Under the pieces are notes generated by a model that was not told the origin of the DNA, made no database searches, and saw only the letters and a program-made list of their open reading frames with translations. A stretch of DNA of 30,978 nucleotides from an uncultured virus (IMG/VR IMGVR_UViG_3300026472_000008). Its lineage: Duplodnaviria; Heunggongvirae; Uroviricota; Caudoviricetes; Crassvirales. The position numbers were made by a program, and so were the translations under genes. Within the stretch, counting starts at the first letter, position 1. Each line of letters begins with the position of its first letter. Where the stretch lies: IMG/VR virus record IMGVR_UViG_3300026472_000008, one strand, 5' to 3'. This document shows, in pieces, positions 18,596 through 28,538 of the stretch.

Positions 18596-19394
18596 GATTG
18601 ATAATGATTATAATATTGATAATAGCGATTGGATACCACGTGTTGCTGCTTGGGTCATTGATGGACTTTCTCAGCTAGATGCTTTACGTACATCAAGGAA
18701 GAGATATAAACTTCCTGTTAATTGTAGGATTGCATATTCTAATCTTCCTATCAATAGTCCTAATCTTATTGTTGCTGATTGTAATGGTTGTAAGATTAAT
18801 CCAAAGAAAGGAGCGGATTCTTGTGGATGTGACCCCTCTACAGGCAAGGGGATAGATTTTACTTCTAATACTATTGATACTACCTATAATAGTCAAGCAT
18901 CTTGTGCTCCTGCTGAAGTTATTTCGGAAGAAATATATACTAAAGATAAAGCTGCTAGACATAGAGTTTATGAAGTTCCAAAAACTCCTATTCCTAGAGA
19001 CTATGTTCTTGTTGACAATAATAAACTTGAATTAAATTTTGATACTGATTATATATTTATAGAAACTGATTCTGTAGATACAGTATGGAGTGATGCTTAT
19101 GAAGAGTATTTACCTGTAATTCCAAATGTAGGTATTCTTATTGAAGCTATTGCTTATTATTGTTTATATAAAATACTATGTCGAGGAACTAAACATCCTG
19201 TATTTAATTTAGCTGCTAGTCAATATGGTACTAATCCATTTTATGAATGGAAGACTCTTAAAGATCAAGCTAAACGTGCTGTAATTATTGATGCACAAGG
19301 TAATATATTAGAGAAAGATGGTGGTATATTTAAATCTACTTTCTTTATTTATACTTTTAGACCTAGAGGAAATGAATATAGTTCCCAAGCTTAA
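18552..19394 (+). CDS. Tail tubular / ring protein (P22 gp4-like position)
   Basis: 280 aa; ERIIAKI.ND, W..D.L and P.IP....LIEAI.YY motifs; directly precedes muzzle gene. Confidence 0.7.
   Translation: MQTNVNTNVERIIAKIDNDYNIDNSDWIPRVAAWVIDGLSQLDALRTSRKRYKLPVNCRIAYSNLPINSPNLIVADCNGCKINPKKGADSCGCDPSTGKGIDFTSNTIDTTYNSQASCAPAEVISEEIYTKDKAARHRVYEVPKTPIPRDYVLVDNNKLELNFDTDYIFIETDSVDTVWSDAYEEYLPVIPNVGILIEAIAYYCLYKILCRGTKHPVFNLAASQYGTNPFYEWKTLKDQAKRAVIIDAQGNILEKDGGIFKSTFFIYTFRPRGNEYSSQA
18833..18848 (+). repeat. Dispersed 16-bp motif CCCCTCTACAGGCAAG
   Basis: 15/16 match to the reverse complement of 23484-23499. Confidence 0.85.
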
Positions 19395-22300
19395 TTTGAA
19401 CAAACATGCCAAAGATAGTGAAAATCTATCTCTTGTTAATGGGTTGAATATGAAGTTATCTCATGACCTTAGTTGTCTTACATCTGAGGAGAGTATTAAG
19501 GAGAATACTTTTATTCATAATTATCTTTTAAATTATTATGGTAATTTGATTACTTATAAGATTGTAGGTCTTATTGCTTGTAATAATGAAATTGTAATTA
19601 TAGTTAAACCTAGTGATACTGAATTAGATTCTGATATTTTTAGATATCAAGAACCTATTAATGATAATATTGAAGATATGTCTGTAGTTTATGGAGGTAT
19701 TTCAAGTATTAATAGGTTTAAATATCATGGAGGTTCTATTAAAGGAACTTTCACTTATAATGTTGAAAATAGTTTAATAGTTGCTATTAGTGAATATGGT
19801 GTTGTAGGTATTAAAATACCTTTACGTACTATTAATCTTGGTAACTATGCTGACCCAACTGTTTATAATGATAAAAATATTAGTGATGCAAAACTAGCTA
19901 CTTCACCAGAACTTAAAGTTCCTACTGTTAGTAACTTAGATTATGTTGAGGGTAGTGCTTATAAAGGATGGTATTATGTTTTCTTACGTTATAAGATAAA
20001 CAGTGTTGATTATACACAATGGCATTCTATTGGATTTCCTATTTATATAGATACTATAGAGCATTTCCAAATTATTAGATATTGTTATAATAGAGATACT
20101 CATTTTATTGGAGGACCTCTACCAGCTATTGTATATCCACCTCATCCAGATGATGGTTATGGCGCAGGATGTTCTGATTACTTTAGTAATACTAGTGAGA
20201 TTGCAAAAGAGACTTTTAAAGTTGATATGACATTTGATGCTAGTATTGATTATGATAAATATCAAGTTGGTGTTGTTTGTACTTCTAAGTCTTATAATAA
20301 AGCATTTAGAACATCTGATATTATCTTATCTGCTGCTGGAACTTCTCGTACTGTTGAATTTATTTTAGATAATAAATCTTTAGTTGAAGCTACTACTGGA
20401 GAATTTATTATTGATAATTTTAATTATTTTAATAGTAAAAATGTTATTAATTATCAGAACAAATTATATATAAGTAATTATACTGAAGATAATGCTAATA
20501 ATGATGATATTTTACAATCTAAAATAGATGATATTGATGTTTCATTATCTTATGATAATATTAGAGATTATGGATTAGTTTATGATACTGCTCTAATGAA
20601 TGGTAGACATGATAATTCTCCTAATCAATATGATACATATCGTATTATTGAGATACCTATGCCTACTTATCTTAATGTATCTGAAAGTCAATTGATTACT
20701 ATAGAAGCTACTGGTTCTCCTACTAAAACTGTACCTGCGGGTCAAGTTTATATTATGACGACTGGTTCTCTTCCTGATTTTATTTATATAGAAGTTAGAG
20801 AACCAGGACCATTGGGTAGTGTTACACTTACTAAATATAGTACTACTCCAACTTCTCCTCCTACATATCTTACTGTAGTTAATAATATTAACTATGTAGA
20901 TACCAGAATGTTGCTCAATCAAAATGATTTGGCTATGAATGGAGGGATGAGATATATTAATGCTAATAGAAATTATAAAGATCGTAAGGAAAATAGTACT
21001 TTAATACCAGGAGAAGTTTATAATTTCTTTATACATTTTGTTAATAAGTATAATCATGCTACTAATGGTTATAAACTCATTAATAAAACTAAATGGGCTA
21101 CTTATGATGATCTTCTTACTGAAATAATACCTGTACCTTTTAATGTTAAAATTAGTGGTACAAATGTTACATATTATGCTGCAGTTCCAGTTGATAATAA
21201 TGTTTCATACTTTGATTTATCAAGTAATGAATATGTAATTAATACTGAAAATGTAAGATATTACAGAAGTTATACTGAAAATTCTGGAGTTAATCCTCAA
21301 TTATTAGATAGAGTAGAACTTATTAATGAAGACGATATTAGGAAAGTATTTGTTGATAATTTTTCATCTTATACTAGTGATAAGTTTGACACTATTAAAT
21401 GGTATCAAGTATCGTACGGACCTGGCTATCAAAGCTTTCATTTATTTATTAATAATAATGGTGAGCGTTTATTTAAGATACCTACTGCTGAAACTTTCTT
21501 ATTTAATTATGATGGTTTTCCGGGTGAACTTACTCCATTTAAAACTTATAATACTCATGTCATTAACAGAATCATTGCAAGTAATGTAGAGATTCCTGAA
21601 GGTTATGATGGGTTTTATATTTCTTATGAGAAGTTTGAAGCTCAACAAAGAGTAACTGGACTTCTTACTAGAAATGATTTTCGTAATCAAGATTATATTA
21701 ATGGAGTTTATCATGAGACCGCAAATGATTTTAAATCAGATAAGATGTTCTTTTATAGTGGTCAATATGATATTGCTGATACTATTAAGTTAGATTATAA
21801 TGTAATGCGTATTGAAGCTGTTAATCCTTATAAGAGGGATGATATGCCTGAATGGGATTACATGCAAAGGAATGCTTATTTTAGTTTTTTACATGATATG
21901 AATAAGCCTCAAGTTGATAGACATTTTGATACTATTAATAGGGTTTATCCAATGCCACAATATAAGATTGCAGTTGCTGATAGCGCTGTAGATAATAGAA
22001 TGGCTTTAGGAACTGGTTTAGAAATTAAAGATTCTTATAACTTATTTCCTAATTATTATGTAAGTAATGATGCTGCTGCAAATAATAAGATTAAATTATA
22101 TAGAGTTACTTTACTTAATACTACTAGAGATATTTATATGTCTAATAGTAAAACTCTTATAAGAATGTCTGAAACTATATATCGTTCAGAAGGTTCTCCA
22201 ATAGATACTAAATATTCTACAGGAGTTATACTTAACGGATATAATGGCCATCATACTTATGATGGTTTTGGCATTTATAGTAATCGCGGTTTGATTTTCA

Positions 22301-23811
22301 ATACTGCAAACAATATTGCTAAGAAATTTAATAATAGTACTGATTATTATATGGGAGCTGTTCCTGCTAGTAGTCCTCATACTTGGCAAAATGATTATCC
22401 TTTTTATGCTTATGTTCAGATGCCTATTTGTACTGATATATTCTATGAGAGTAAATCGTATAAAAATGAACCTAAACCTATTGCTTTTTTGGTTAAGCTT
22501 TTAAATGAACAACAATTTTTTAGTAAAGGTCAGATGGTTACTCCTGCTAATACTATTGATTTGTTTGAAAATAAGCAAGGTAGCGCAGATCAATTTAATC
22601 CTAAAACTTATACTCAATTCAGAGATGATTTAGTATCTATTGAAGTGTTTGATAAAACTCTACGTAGAAGTGCTGTTATTCAAGATGAATCTCGTATTAA
22701 TGGATGGAGAACATTTCCTGTTGAAGCTTATAAAAATATTACTGAAAATAAAGGTAAGATAACTAATTTAGTTGGTATTGGATATATACTTCTAGTACAT
22801 ACTGAACATAGTTTATTCCAGTTTAATACTGATGCTACTTTAAAGACTAAAGATCAAGATATTCAATTATTACAACCTGATGCTTTTGATGTTCAATATA
22901 AAGAAGTATTTACATCGGACAAAGGTTTTGGAGGATTGCAAGATGATAAATCTTATCTTATCGATACTTTTGGTTATATGTTCTATAGTAATGATACTAA
23001 GCGTATTTATATATTTGATGATGGTAAGTTAGATTTTGCTGATGAAGATATTATTCATTGGTTAGATAAATATGCTCCATTTAATGTTAGAATGGCTAAT
23101 GATAAATTTAACTATAGAATATTATTTAAGTTTGATTATATTATTAATACTGAAACTAAACATACTGTAATTAGTTATAGTTATAAAACTAAGTCTTTTA
23201 TTAATCAACATAGTTATTACTTTGATGAAGCTTTTAATACTAAGACTGGTTTGTATTTACAATGTACCAATGAACATGTAGGTTGTTCTTTACATAGTTT
23301 TAATTATAATAAAGCTGACTATTGTAGATATGATAATATTCTAGGAAGTCTTGGAACTTCTGTTCGTAAAGAATCTAAACTTAGTATTATTTGTAATAAC
23401 AATTTTGATATAGTTAAGTTCCTTGAATTTATTAGTTATAAACTTACTAAGCATATATTTGATGCTAATATTGATTATACTCACTTGCCTGTAGAGGGAA
23501 CAGTCCAACCTTATGCCGGATCAGTTCTTTCTGTATATAATGATCAAGTCAATACTAATCCTCTTGATATTGCAGTAAATACTGAGTTAGACAAAAATCC
23601 TTTTGGTGCATTTGATAAACCTTATTGGGACTTAGGTGTTTGGAACTTTAGTTATTTACGTAATAATATAAGTAATCTTCCTAATGGTGTTTCAGCTAGT
23701 GAAATGTCTAGAATATTTGGTAATTATTTTATTATTGAATTTACTTTTGATAATATTGATAATCGTCGTATTGATTTTGAACAATTAAACTATAATTTAT
23801 CAGAGTTATAA
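19372..23811 (+). CDS. Tail stabilization / muzzle protein
   Basis: About 1479 aa; probable start ATG 19372 (MNIVPKLNLNK) rather than 19318; LIPGEVYNFFIHFV, KGKITNL and HTEHSLF motifs, beta-propeller-like C-terminal half; synteny. Confidence 0.78.
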   Translation: MNIVPKLNLNKHAKDSENLSLVNGLNMKLSHDLSCLTSEESIKENTFIHNYLLNYYGNLITYKIVGLIACNNEIVIIVKPSDTELDSDIFRYQEPINDNIEDMSVVYGGISSINRFKYHGGSIKGTFTYNVENSLIVAISEYGVVGIKIPLRTINLGNYADPTVYNDKNISDAKLATSPELKVPTVSNLDYVEGSAYKGWYYVFLRYKINSVDYTQWHSIGFPIYIDTIEHFQIIRYCYNRDTHFIGGPLPAIVYPPHPDDGYGAGCSDYFSNTSEIAKETFKVDMTFDASIDYDKYQVGVVCTSKSYNKAFRTSDIILSAAGTSRTVEFILDNKSLVEATTGEFIIDNFNYFNSKNVINYQNKLYISNYTEDNANNDDILQSKIDDIDVSLSYDNIRDYGLVYDTALMNGRHDNSPNQYDTYRIIEIPMPTYLNVSESQLITIEATGSPTKTVPAGQVYIMTTGSLPDFIYIEVREPGPLGSVTLTKYSTTPTSPPTYLTVVNNINYVDTRMLLNQNDLAMNGGMRYINANRNYKDRKENSTLIPGEVYNFFIHFVNKYNHATNGYKLINKTKWATYDDLLTEIIPVPFNVKISGTNVTYYAAVPVDNNVSYFDLSSNEYVINTENVRYYRSYTENSGVNPQLLDRVELINEDDIRKVFVDNFSSYTSDKFDTIKWYQVSYGPGYQSFHLFINNNGERLFKIPTAETFLFNYDGFPGELTPFKTYNTHVINRIIASNVEIPEGYDGFYISYEKFEAQQRVTGLLTRNDFRNQDYINGVYHETANDFKSDKMFFYSGQYDIADTIKLDYNVMRIEAVNPYKRDDMPEWDYMQRNAYFSFLHDMNKPQVDRHFDTINRVYPMPQYKIAVADSAVDNRMALGTGLEIKDSYNLFPNYYVSNDAAANNKIKLYRVTLLNTTRDIYMSNSKTLIRMSETIYRSEGSPIDTKYSTGVILNGYNGHHTYDGFGIYSNRGLIFNTANNIAKKFNNSTDYYMGAVPASSPHTWQNDYPFYAYVQMPICTDIFYESKSYKNEPKPIAFLVKLLNEQQFFSKGQMVTPANTIDLFENKQGSADQFNPKTYTQFRDDLVSIEVFDKTLRRSAVIQDESRINGWRTFPVEAYKNITENKGKITNLVGIGYILLVHTEHSLFQFNTDATLKTKDQDIQLLQPDAFDVQYKEVFTSDKGFGGLQDDKSYLIDTFGYMFYSNDTKRIYIFDDGKLDFADEDIIHWLDKYAPFNVRMANDKFNYRILFKFDYIINTETKHTVISYSYKTKSFINQHSYYFDEAFNTKTGLYLQCTNEHVGCSLHSFNYNKADYCRYDNILGSLGTSVRKESKLSIICNNNFDIVKFLEFISYKLTKHIFDANIDYTHLPVEGTVQPYAGSVLSVYNDQVNTNPLDIAVNTELDKNPFGAFDKPYWDLGVWNFSYLRNNISNLPNGVSASEMSRIFGNYFIIEFTFDNIDNRRIDFEQLNYNLSEL
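23484..23499 (-). repeat. Dispersed 16-bp motif TCCCTCTACAGGCAAG (reverse orientation)
   Basis: + strand reads CTTGCCTGTAGAGGGA. Confidence 0.85.
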
Positions 23812-23814
23812 ATA

Positions 23815-24483
23815 ATGGTACGTAAACAAGTTAAAAAGAATGGTCGCGATAAGAAATTTATTGGCGCCATTATAGGAACTGTTGCAGGTCTTGCAGGTAG
23901 TTTGATAGGAGCTAAGAAACAACGTAAAGCTGATGAAGAAGCCTTTCAAGCACAACAAGCTGAACAGAATAGAATTGATAGTGTTAAAGCAGCACAAAAT
24001 CTTACATCTAGTTATGCTGATCAAAGTTATGTAGATGACTATAAGAAAAAGATAGTTCTTAAAGCTGGTGGTAAAGTTTCTACTAAAGATAAAGTTAGGA
24101 ATTATACTGTTGGTAAAAAGAAGAGTGATATAGAAGCTTATAAAGCAGGTGGTCGTGCTAAGTATGTAGATGGTGGTACAACTGATGAGAGTAGTTCAGA
24201 TAGTATTGACTTTGGAGCAGAAGCTACAGATGCCATTGGAGGACTTACTAGTTTAGCTACTAATCTATTTACCAAACCTAAGGTTAATAAAATGATTAAA
24301 AAAGCTGATGGTTTTGCATTTACTCCATCTACTGCTACTGTTGCTCCTCAAAGTTATCAATTAGATATTAATGGTCAACCTATTACTACTGTTAATCCTG
24401 TTTCTCCAATGATTAAACCCGATGTTAATGCTCCGGCTATTGCTAAGATGGGGACAAAGAAAGTAAGTAAAAAACTTTGGTAG
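23815..24483 (+). CDS. Putative cargo/ejection protein with glycine-rich hydrophobic helix
   Basis: 222 aa; FIGAIIGTVAGLAGSLIG segment, Lys-rich; directly after muzzle. Confidence 0.6.
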   Translation: MVRKQVKKNGRDKKFIGAIIGTVAGLAGSLIGAKKQRKADEEAFQAQQAEQNRIDSVKAAQNLTSSYADQSYVDDYKKKIVLKAGGKVSTKDKVRNYTVGKKKSDIEAYKAGGRAKYVDGGTTDESSSDSIDFGAEATDAIGGLTSLATNLFTKPKVNKMIKKADGFAFTPSTATVAPQSYQLDINGQPITTVNPVSPMIKPDVNAPAIAKMGTKKVSKKLW

Positions 24484-24571
24484 ATAGCTGTTTTAGGCTA
24501 TCTATTAGCGTTTAGTATCGAAGTGGATTAATTATATCATTATATAATATACTATCGTTAGAAGCGCTAAT
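24481..24571. repeat. Intergenic stem-loop plus long imperfect inverted repeat
   Basis: TAGATAGC/GCTATCTA (24481-24504); ATTAGCGTTT/AAGCGCTAAT (24504-24571); TAGTAT/ATACTA; central TGGATTAATTATATCA. Confidence 0.55.
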
Positions 24572-24597
24572 TTGAAGTCATAATAATTAATAATAAT

Positions 24598-25875
24598 ATG
24601 AAATCAAATAAAGTTTTATATCCCAAAGTTGTTAGAGGTGGAGCTGCTATTCCACTAGGTAATAACTTTTATTATATGCAAGGTAAAAAACATTCTCAAG
24701 GAGGTATTGATATTGGTCAAAATGACAATACTGGAATTGAAGTTGAGGATGAAGAGATTATGCATGTTACTCCTAAAGAAGCTAAAATATATAGTGCTGT
24801 TCCTTTTCTTAATGGTAAATCACCTGCTCAACATATATTGGATGGTGCTAATCCAAATACAGTATTTAATGCTCAGCAAAAGTTTAAGAAAGACAATGAT
24901 ATTAATGATGATGGAACTAAAAAGAAAAATGGAGGCAAAGTAATGAATAGAAATAAATATGCTACAGGAGGTCCTAAAAAACCTAATAGAAATATTTTAG
25001 GTACTTTGCCTGCAAGTGCTAATATACGTATTGATAATAGTACTTCTTTATTAGATGATCCAGATGCTCGTATGTTAGCAGATGATACTATCGTAACGAA
25101 TCCCTCTACAGGGGAGCTACCAAATAGATTCAATCGTACTATGAATTATATTGGTAATACTATCGATGGTATATCTGGTGATGTTGAAGCTTATTTTGAT
25201 AATAATCCAGGAGTTGCTGGTGATTATTTAGGAGTTGCTTCTAATATTATTGGAGGAGTTGCTGCAAATAAGATTAACAGAAAGATGTTAGATAAGATGC
25301 AATATTCTCCTGCTCCTATTGGACGTACTGCTGCTAAACTTAAAACAACTATTAATATTAATCCTCAATTAGATAAGATGCGAGAATCTGCTGCAGCTTA
25401 TGAAAGAGATATTGATAATAATACTGCTAGTTCAAGAGTAGCTCTTTCTAGAAAACAAAGAGGTAGATTAGCTACTCAATTTCAGACTAATGAACTTTAT
25501 GGAAATAAAGAAAACATTGAGACTGATTTAATTAATAAAGATCGTCTTAATCAGCAAGAAGTTGGAAATGCTAATGCTGCCGACTATAATCGTTGGGCTG
25601 AAGGTAAAGCTTCATTTAATAATGCTATTAATGAAAAACGTTCTGAAAATAATATTGGTTTAATTGATACAATTAATTCTGGTGTTCAAGATTTAATAAC
25701 TCGAGGTGAAAAGCGTAATGCTAGTCGAGATAATATGTTAACTATTGCTGCTGCAAGTCCTAATGTTAATCCTCGTATTCTTAAAGATATGGGTGTTAGA
25801 TCAATTACTGATAAAATGATTCAAGATTGGGAAAAAGCTAATTCTAAAAAAGGCAAGAAGTCTAACGGTAAATAA
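24598..25875 (+). CDS. Putative cargo/ejection protein
   Basis: 425 aa; N-terminal GKKHSQGG...EVEDEE domain, glycine-rich helix YLGVASNIIGGVAA, N/Q/A-rich coiled-coil. Confidence 0.6.
   Translation: MKSNKVLYPKVVRGGAAIPLGNNFYYMQGKKHSQGGIDIGQNDNTGIEVEDEEIMHVTPKEAKIYSAVPFLNGKSPAQHILDGANPNTVFNAQQKFKKDNDINDDGTKKKNGGKVMNRNKYATGGPKKPNRNILGTLPASANIRIDNSTSLLDDPDARMLADDTIVTNPSTGELPNRFNRTMNYIGNTIDGISGDVEAYFDNNPGVAGDYLGVASNIIGGVAANKINRKMLDKMQYSPAPIGRTAAKLKTTININPQLDKMRESAAAYERDIDNNTASSRVALSRKQRGRLATQFQTNELYGNKENIETDLINKDRLNQQEVGNANAADYNRWAEGKASFNNAINEKRSENNIGLIDTINSGVQDLITRGEKRNASRDNMLTIAAASPNVNPRILKDMGVRSITDKMIQDWEKANSKKGKKSNGK
25101..25116 (+). repeat. Dispersed 16-bp motif TCCCTCTACAGGGGAG
   Basis: Exact reverse complement of 6168-6183. 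Confidence 0.85.
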
Positions 25876-25884
25876 ACTACTTAA

Positions 25885-28530
25885 ATGAAGAATTTTAATT
25901 ATATCAACAGAGAGTATGTTAATCCTATAGATTTAAATGTTGTAGGTAAAACTTACGATACTCTCGAACAAGGTCATCAAGAAGCAGTAAAGGCTGCTTC
26001 CGATCTTGAAGTTACAATGGCTAGTTTAGATCTTAATGAAGCTGAGTCTGCTTGGAGACAAGCTAAAATTGCTGATATTAAACAGACCATTGCTGATAAT
26101 TCTAATTACGGAAATGCTTATAGTGCATTAGATGATATTATTGCTAAAGCTGGTGACATTGCATCAGATCAAGGTATGATTGGTAGACTTCAAGCACAAA
26201 AGGATTATAAGCAATATAATGCTGAACTTGATAAACGTGCCGATCTTCCACAAGATTACAAAGATTATTATAAGGAGAAAAATCCTTATCATTATCAAGA
26301 TAGTGTTGATGAAAGAACTGGTAATATTATAGGAGGAACTAAATGGACTCCTATTACTTCTCCTACTAATGTTGTACCTTTAAATGAATTGATTAGTCAA
26401 GGATTGAAATGGGCAGCTAAAGAAAGTGGTGGAGGAGAAGCTACTCGTTGGATTGATGTTAATGGTAGAGTAACTAGTAATCCATCACAAGCTTTTGACG
26501 GAGAGGTTTATAATAGTACAACTAATAAATGGGAAAAACTTAGTAAAGAAAAGATTAGACAAGGTATAGAAGCTTCTATTAATTCTACTCCAGGTGCTAG
26601 AGAAAGTTTAACTCAAGACTATACTATTGCTGAATGGAGACATAATAAACAAGTAAAAGCTAATGGAGGTAAACCTGTAATTAGTGATGTTACTGATAGA
26701 AATGGAGTTTTACTTAACGAAAGACAGTATTTAAGTAAACGTATTGATCCAGCCATTGCAGCTGCTTCTTACTATAATTCTATTAGTAGCACTAATTATG
26801 GTCAAGGTTTATCTACTTATAAGACTGCACAGAAGAATCAAGCTATGCAAGCTGCTGCTAGTCAAAATACTATGTCTGATGCTATGATTGGAGGTAGAGA
26901 TACCCCAGTTGCTGTACCAATTGATGCTGCTTCTAATTTTGTTGCTGTTAAGAATTCTTCTGCTAGAGATTTAAAAACTCTTTATAAGAATGCTACAGGA
27001 GTAGAACTAGTAATAGATGAAACTGGTAATATTGCTAATATGGAAAAACTACTTGATAAACATCAAGTTCCTGTAGCTGCAAGACAACAATTTAGATCAT
27101 TAGTTAAGTCTTATAATGAAGGTGTTAAAAACCTTGAAGCTTATACTAATAAAATGTCTCCTACTGATAAAGCTGAATTTGAATTTGCTGCTCGTATGAA
27201 ATCAGGTGGCGAACTTAAATCTAGTAAAAATGGTGGTTCTAAGTATGATGATAATGCTATACAAGTTATTAATACATTATACGGTAAGAATACTCAAGCA
27301 GTTCAGATTAATCTTAGTGATGATAATATTAGAAAGGAGTTTGAAAACATTGTTAATGGTGGTCAACTTAATGGATATAAAAACCTTGGAATAACTATCA
27401 ATAATAATAAAGTTTCTATTCCTAAATCTAGTATGCATTCTGTTCCTTTAATATTTGATGCTTTAGAGAAAGCTAAAAAGAGTGCTGCTTCTTACAGAGA
27501 TAAATATAGCTTCTTTGAGAAACTTACTACTAAACAATCAGATTATAGTGTTGAAGCGTTAGATAGAAATAATAATGTTGAAAATGCTTGGACAGGTCCT
27601 AATGGAGATAGAATTAAAGCTGCTATTTCTGGAATATACAAACGTGCTGATGAAGTAGGTAAAGGAATGGCTAACAAATATAAAATTGCTAATGCTAGTA
27701 TTGAGCTTAGTAGTTTAAATCTTGATGGTCAACATTTTACTGATGGTACTTTATTAGATCAATATAATAAAGGTATTCTATCTAAAGAACAGTACGATAT
27801 TCAAAAGAAATATTATGATAATTCTTTTGAAAATATACTTTCTAATACTGATTTTAGTCAGATGGATATGTACGCTTTAAAAGATGGTGAGAATGTTAAA
27901 CGTAGAGTAGTTGATGGTGCTGAACGATATAACTATGGTTCTGAAATACTTAAGGCTGTTAAAGATAAACGTGTAACTGTTTCTCCATCTATAGTTCCCG
28001 GCATTAGTGATCCTCTATCTGGAGCACCTATTGCAGGTTATAATATTACTGTACTTCCTGAAAAGAAAGATGGTAAGAATTCAGATGCTTCTCCGCAGCA
28101 TTTTTATATACCTGGACTAGTTAATGAAACTGCATCTGCTCATATGATGCAAGATCCTACTGTTCAGGCATTTAATTCAATTGCTATTGCCGGAGCTACT
28201 AAATCTGTTAAATCATTAACTGATAATAATGTTAACCCTAAGTTAGGTAATATTAGTATTAAAGGAAATGGTGCTAATAGTTATGAAGTAGATTTTAATG
28301 GTATTAGAAAATCAGTTAATCAAGAGACTGCTGTTAGTTTAACAACTGCTCTTAATAATTATAATGCTGTTAAGAATAGATATCTTGCTGAAACTTATCA
28401 GAATCCTAAAGCTGGTTTAAATCCTGCTATGAGAAGTACTATAGTTAATGCTGCTAAAACAATTGGAAAGATAACTGGTACTAACCCTGAAGCTGTTTTA
28501 GAAAAACTTGTTGATGACATTAATAAATAA
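25885..28530 (+). CDS. Large putative cargo/ejection protein
   Basis: 881 aa, no cysteine, helical N-terminus starting Y..REYVNPIDL; position in the crAss cargo block. Confidence 0.6.
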   Translation: MKNFNYINREYVNPIDLNVVGKTYDTLEQGHQEAVKAASDLEVTMASLDLNEAESAWRQAKIADIKQTIADNSNYGNAYSALDDIIAKAGDIASDQGMIGRLQAQKDYKQYNAELDKRADLPQDYKDYYKEKNPYHYQDSVDERTGNIIGGTKWTPITSPTNVVPLNELISQGLKWAAKESGGGEATRWIDVNGRVTSNPSQAFDGEVYNSTTNKWEKLSKEKIRQGIEASINSTPGARESLTQDYTIAEWRHNKQVKANGGKPVISDVTDRNGVLLNERQYLSKRIDPAIAAASYYNSISSTNYGQGLSTYKTAQKNQAMQAAASQNTMSDAMIGGRDTPVAVPIDAASNFVAVKNSSARDLKTLYKNATGVELVIDETGNIANMEKLLDKHQVPVAARQQFRSLVKSYNEGVKNLEAYTNKMSPTDKAEFEFAARMKSGGELKSSKNGGSKYDDNAIQVINTLYGKNTQAVQINLSDDNIRKEFENIVNGGQLNGYKNLGITINNNKVSIPKSSMHSVPLIFDALEKAKKSAASYRDKYSFFEKLTTKQSDYSVEALDRNNNVENAWTGPNGDRIKAAISGIYKRADEVGKGMANKYKIANASIELSSLNLDGQHFTDGTLLDQYNKGILSKEQYDIQKKYYDNSFENILSNTDFSQMDMYALKDGENVKRRVVDGAERYNYGSEILKAVKDKRVTVSPSIVPGISDPLSGAPIAGYNITVLPEKKDGKNSDASPQHFYIPGLVNETASAHMMQDPTVQAFNSIAIAGATKSVKSLTDNNVNPKLGNISIKGNGANSYEVDFNGIRKSVNQETAVSLTTALNNYNAVKNRYLAETYQNPKAGLNPAMRSTIVNAAKTIGKITGTNPEAVLEKLVDDINK

Positions 28531-28538
28531 TATACTAT

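Noticed and set aside
19318..19371. Upstream start for the muzzle gene giving a hydrophobic leader
   Set aside because: The extension is shadow-frame sequence over the previous gene; ATG 19372 is more plausible.
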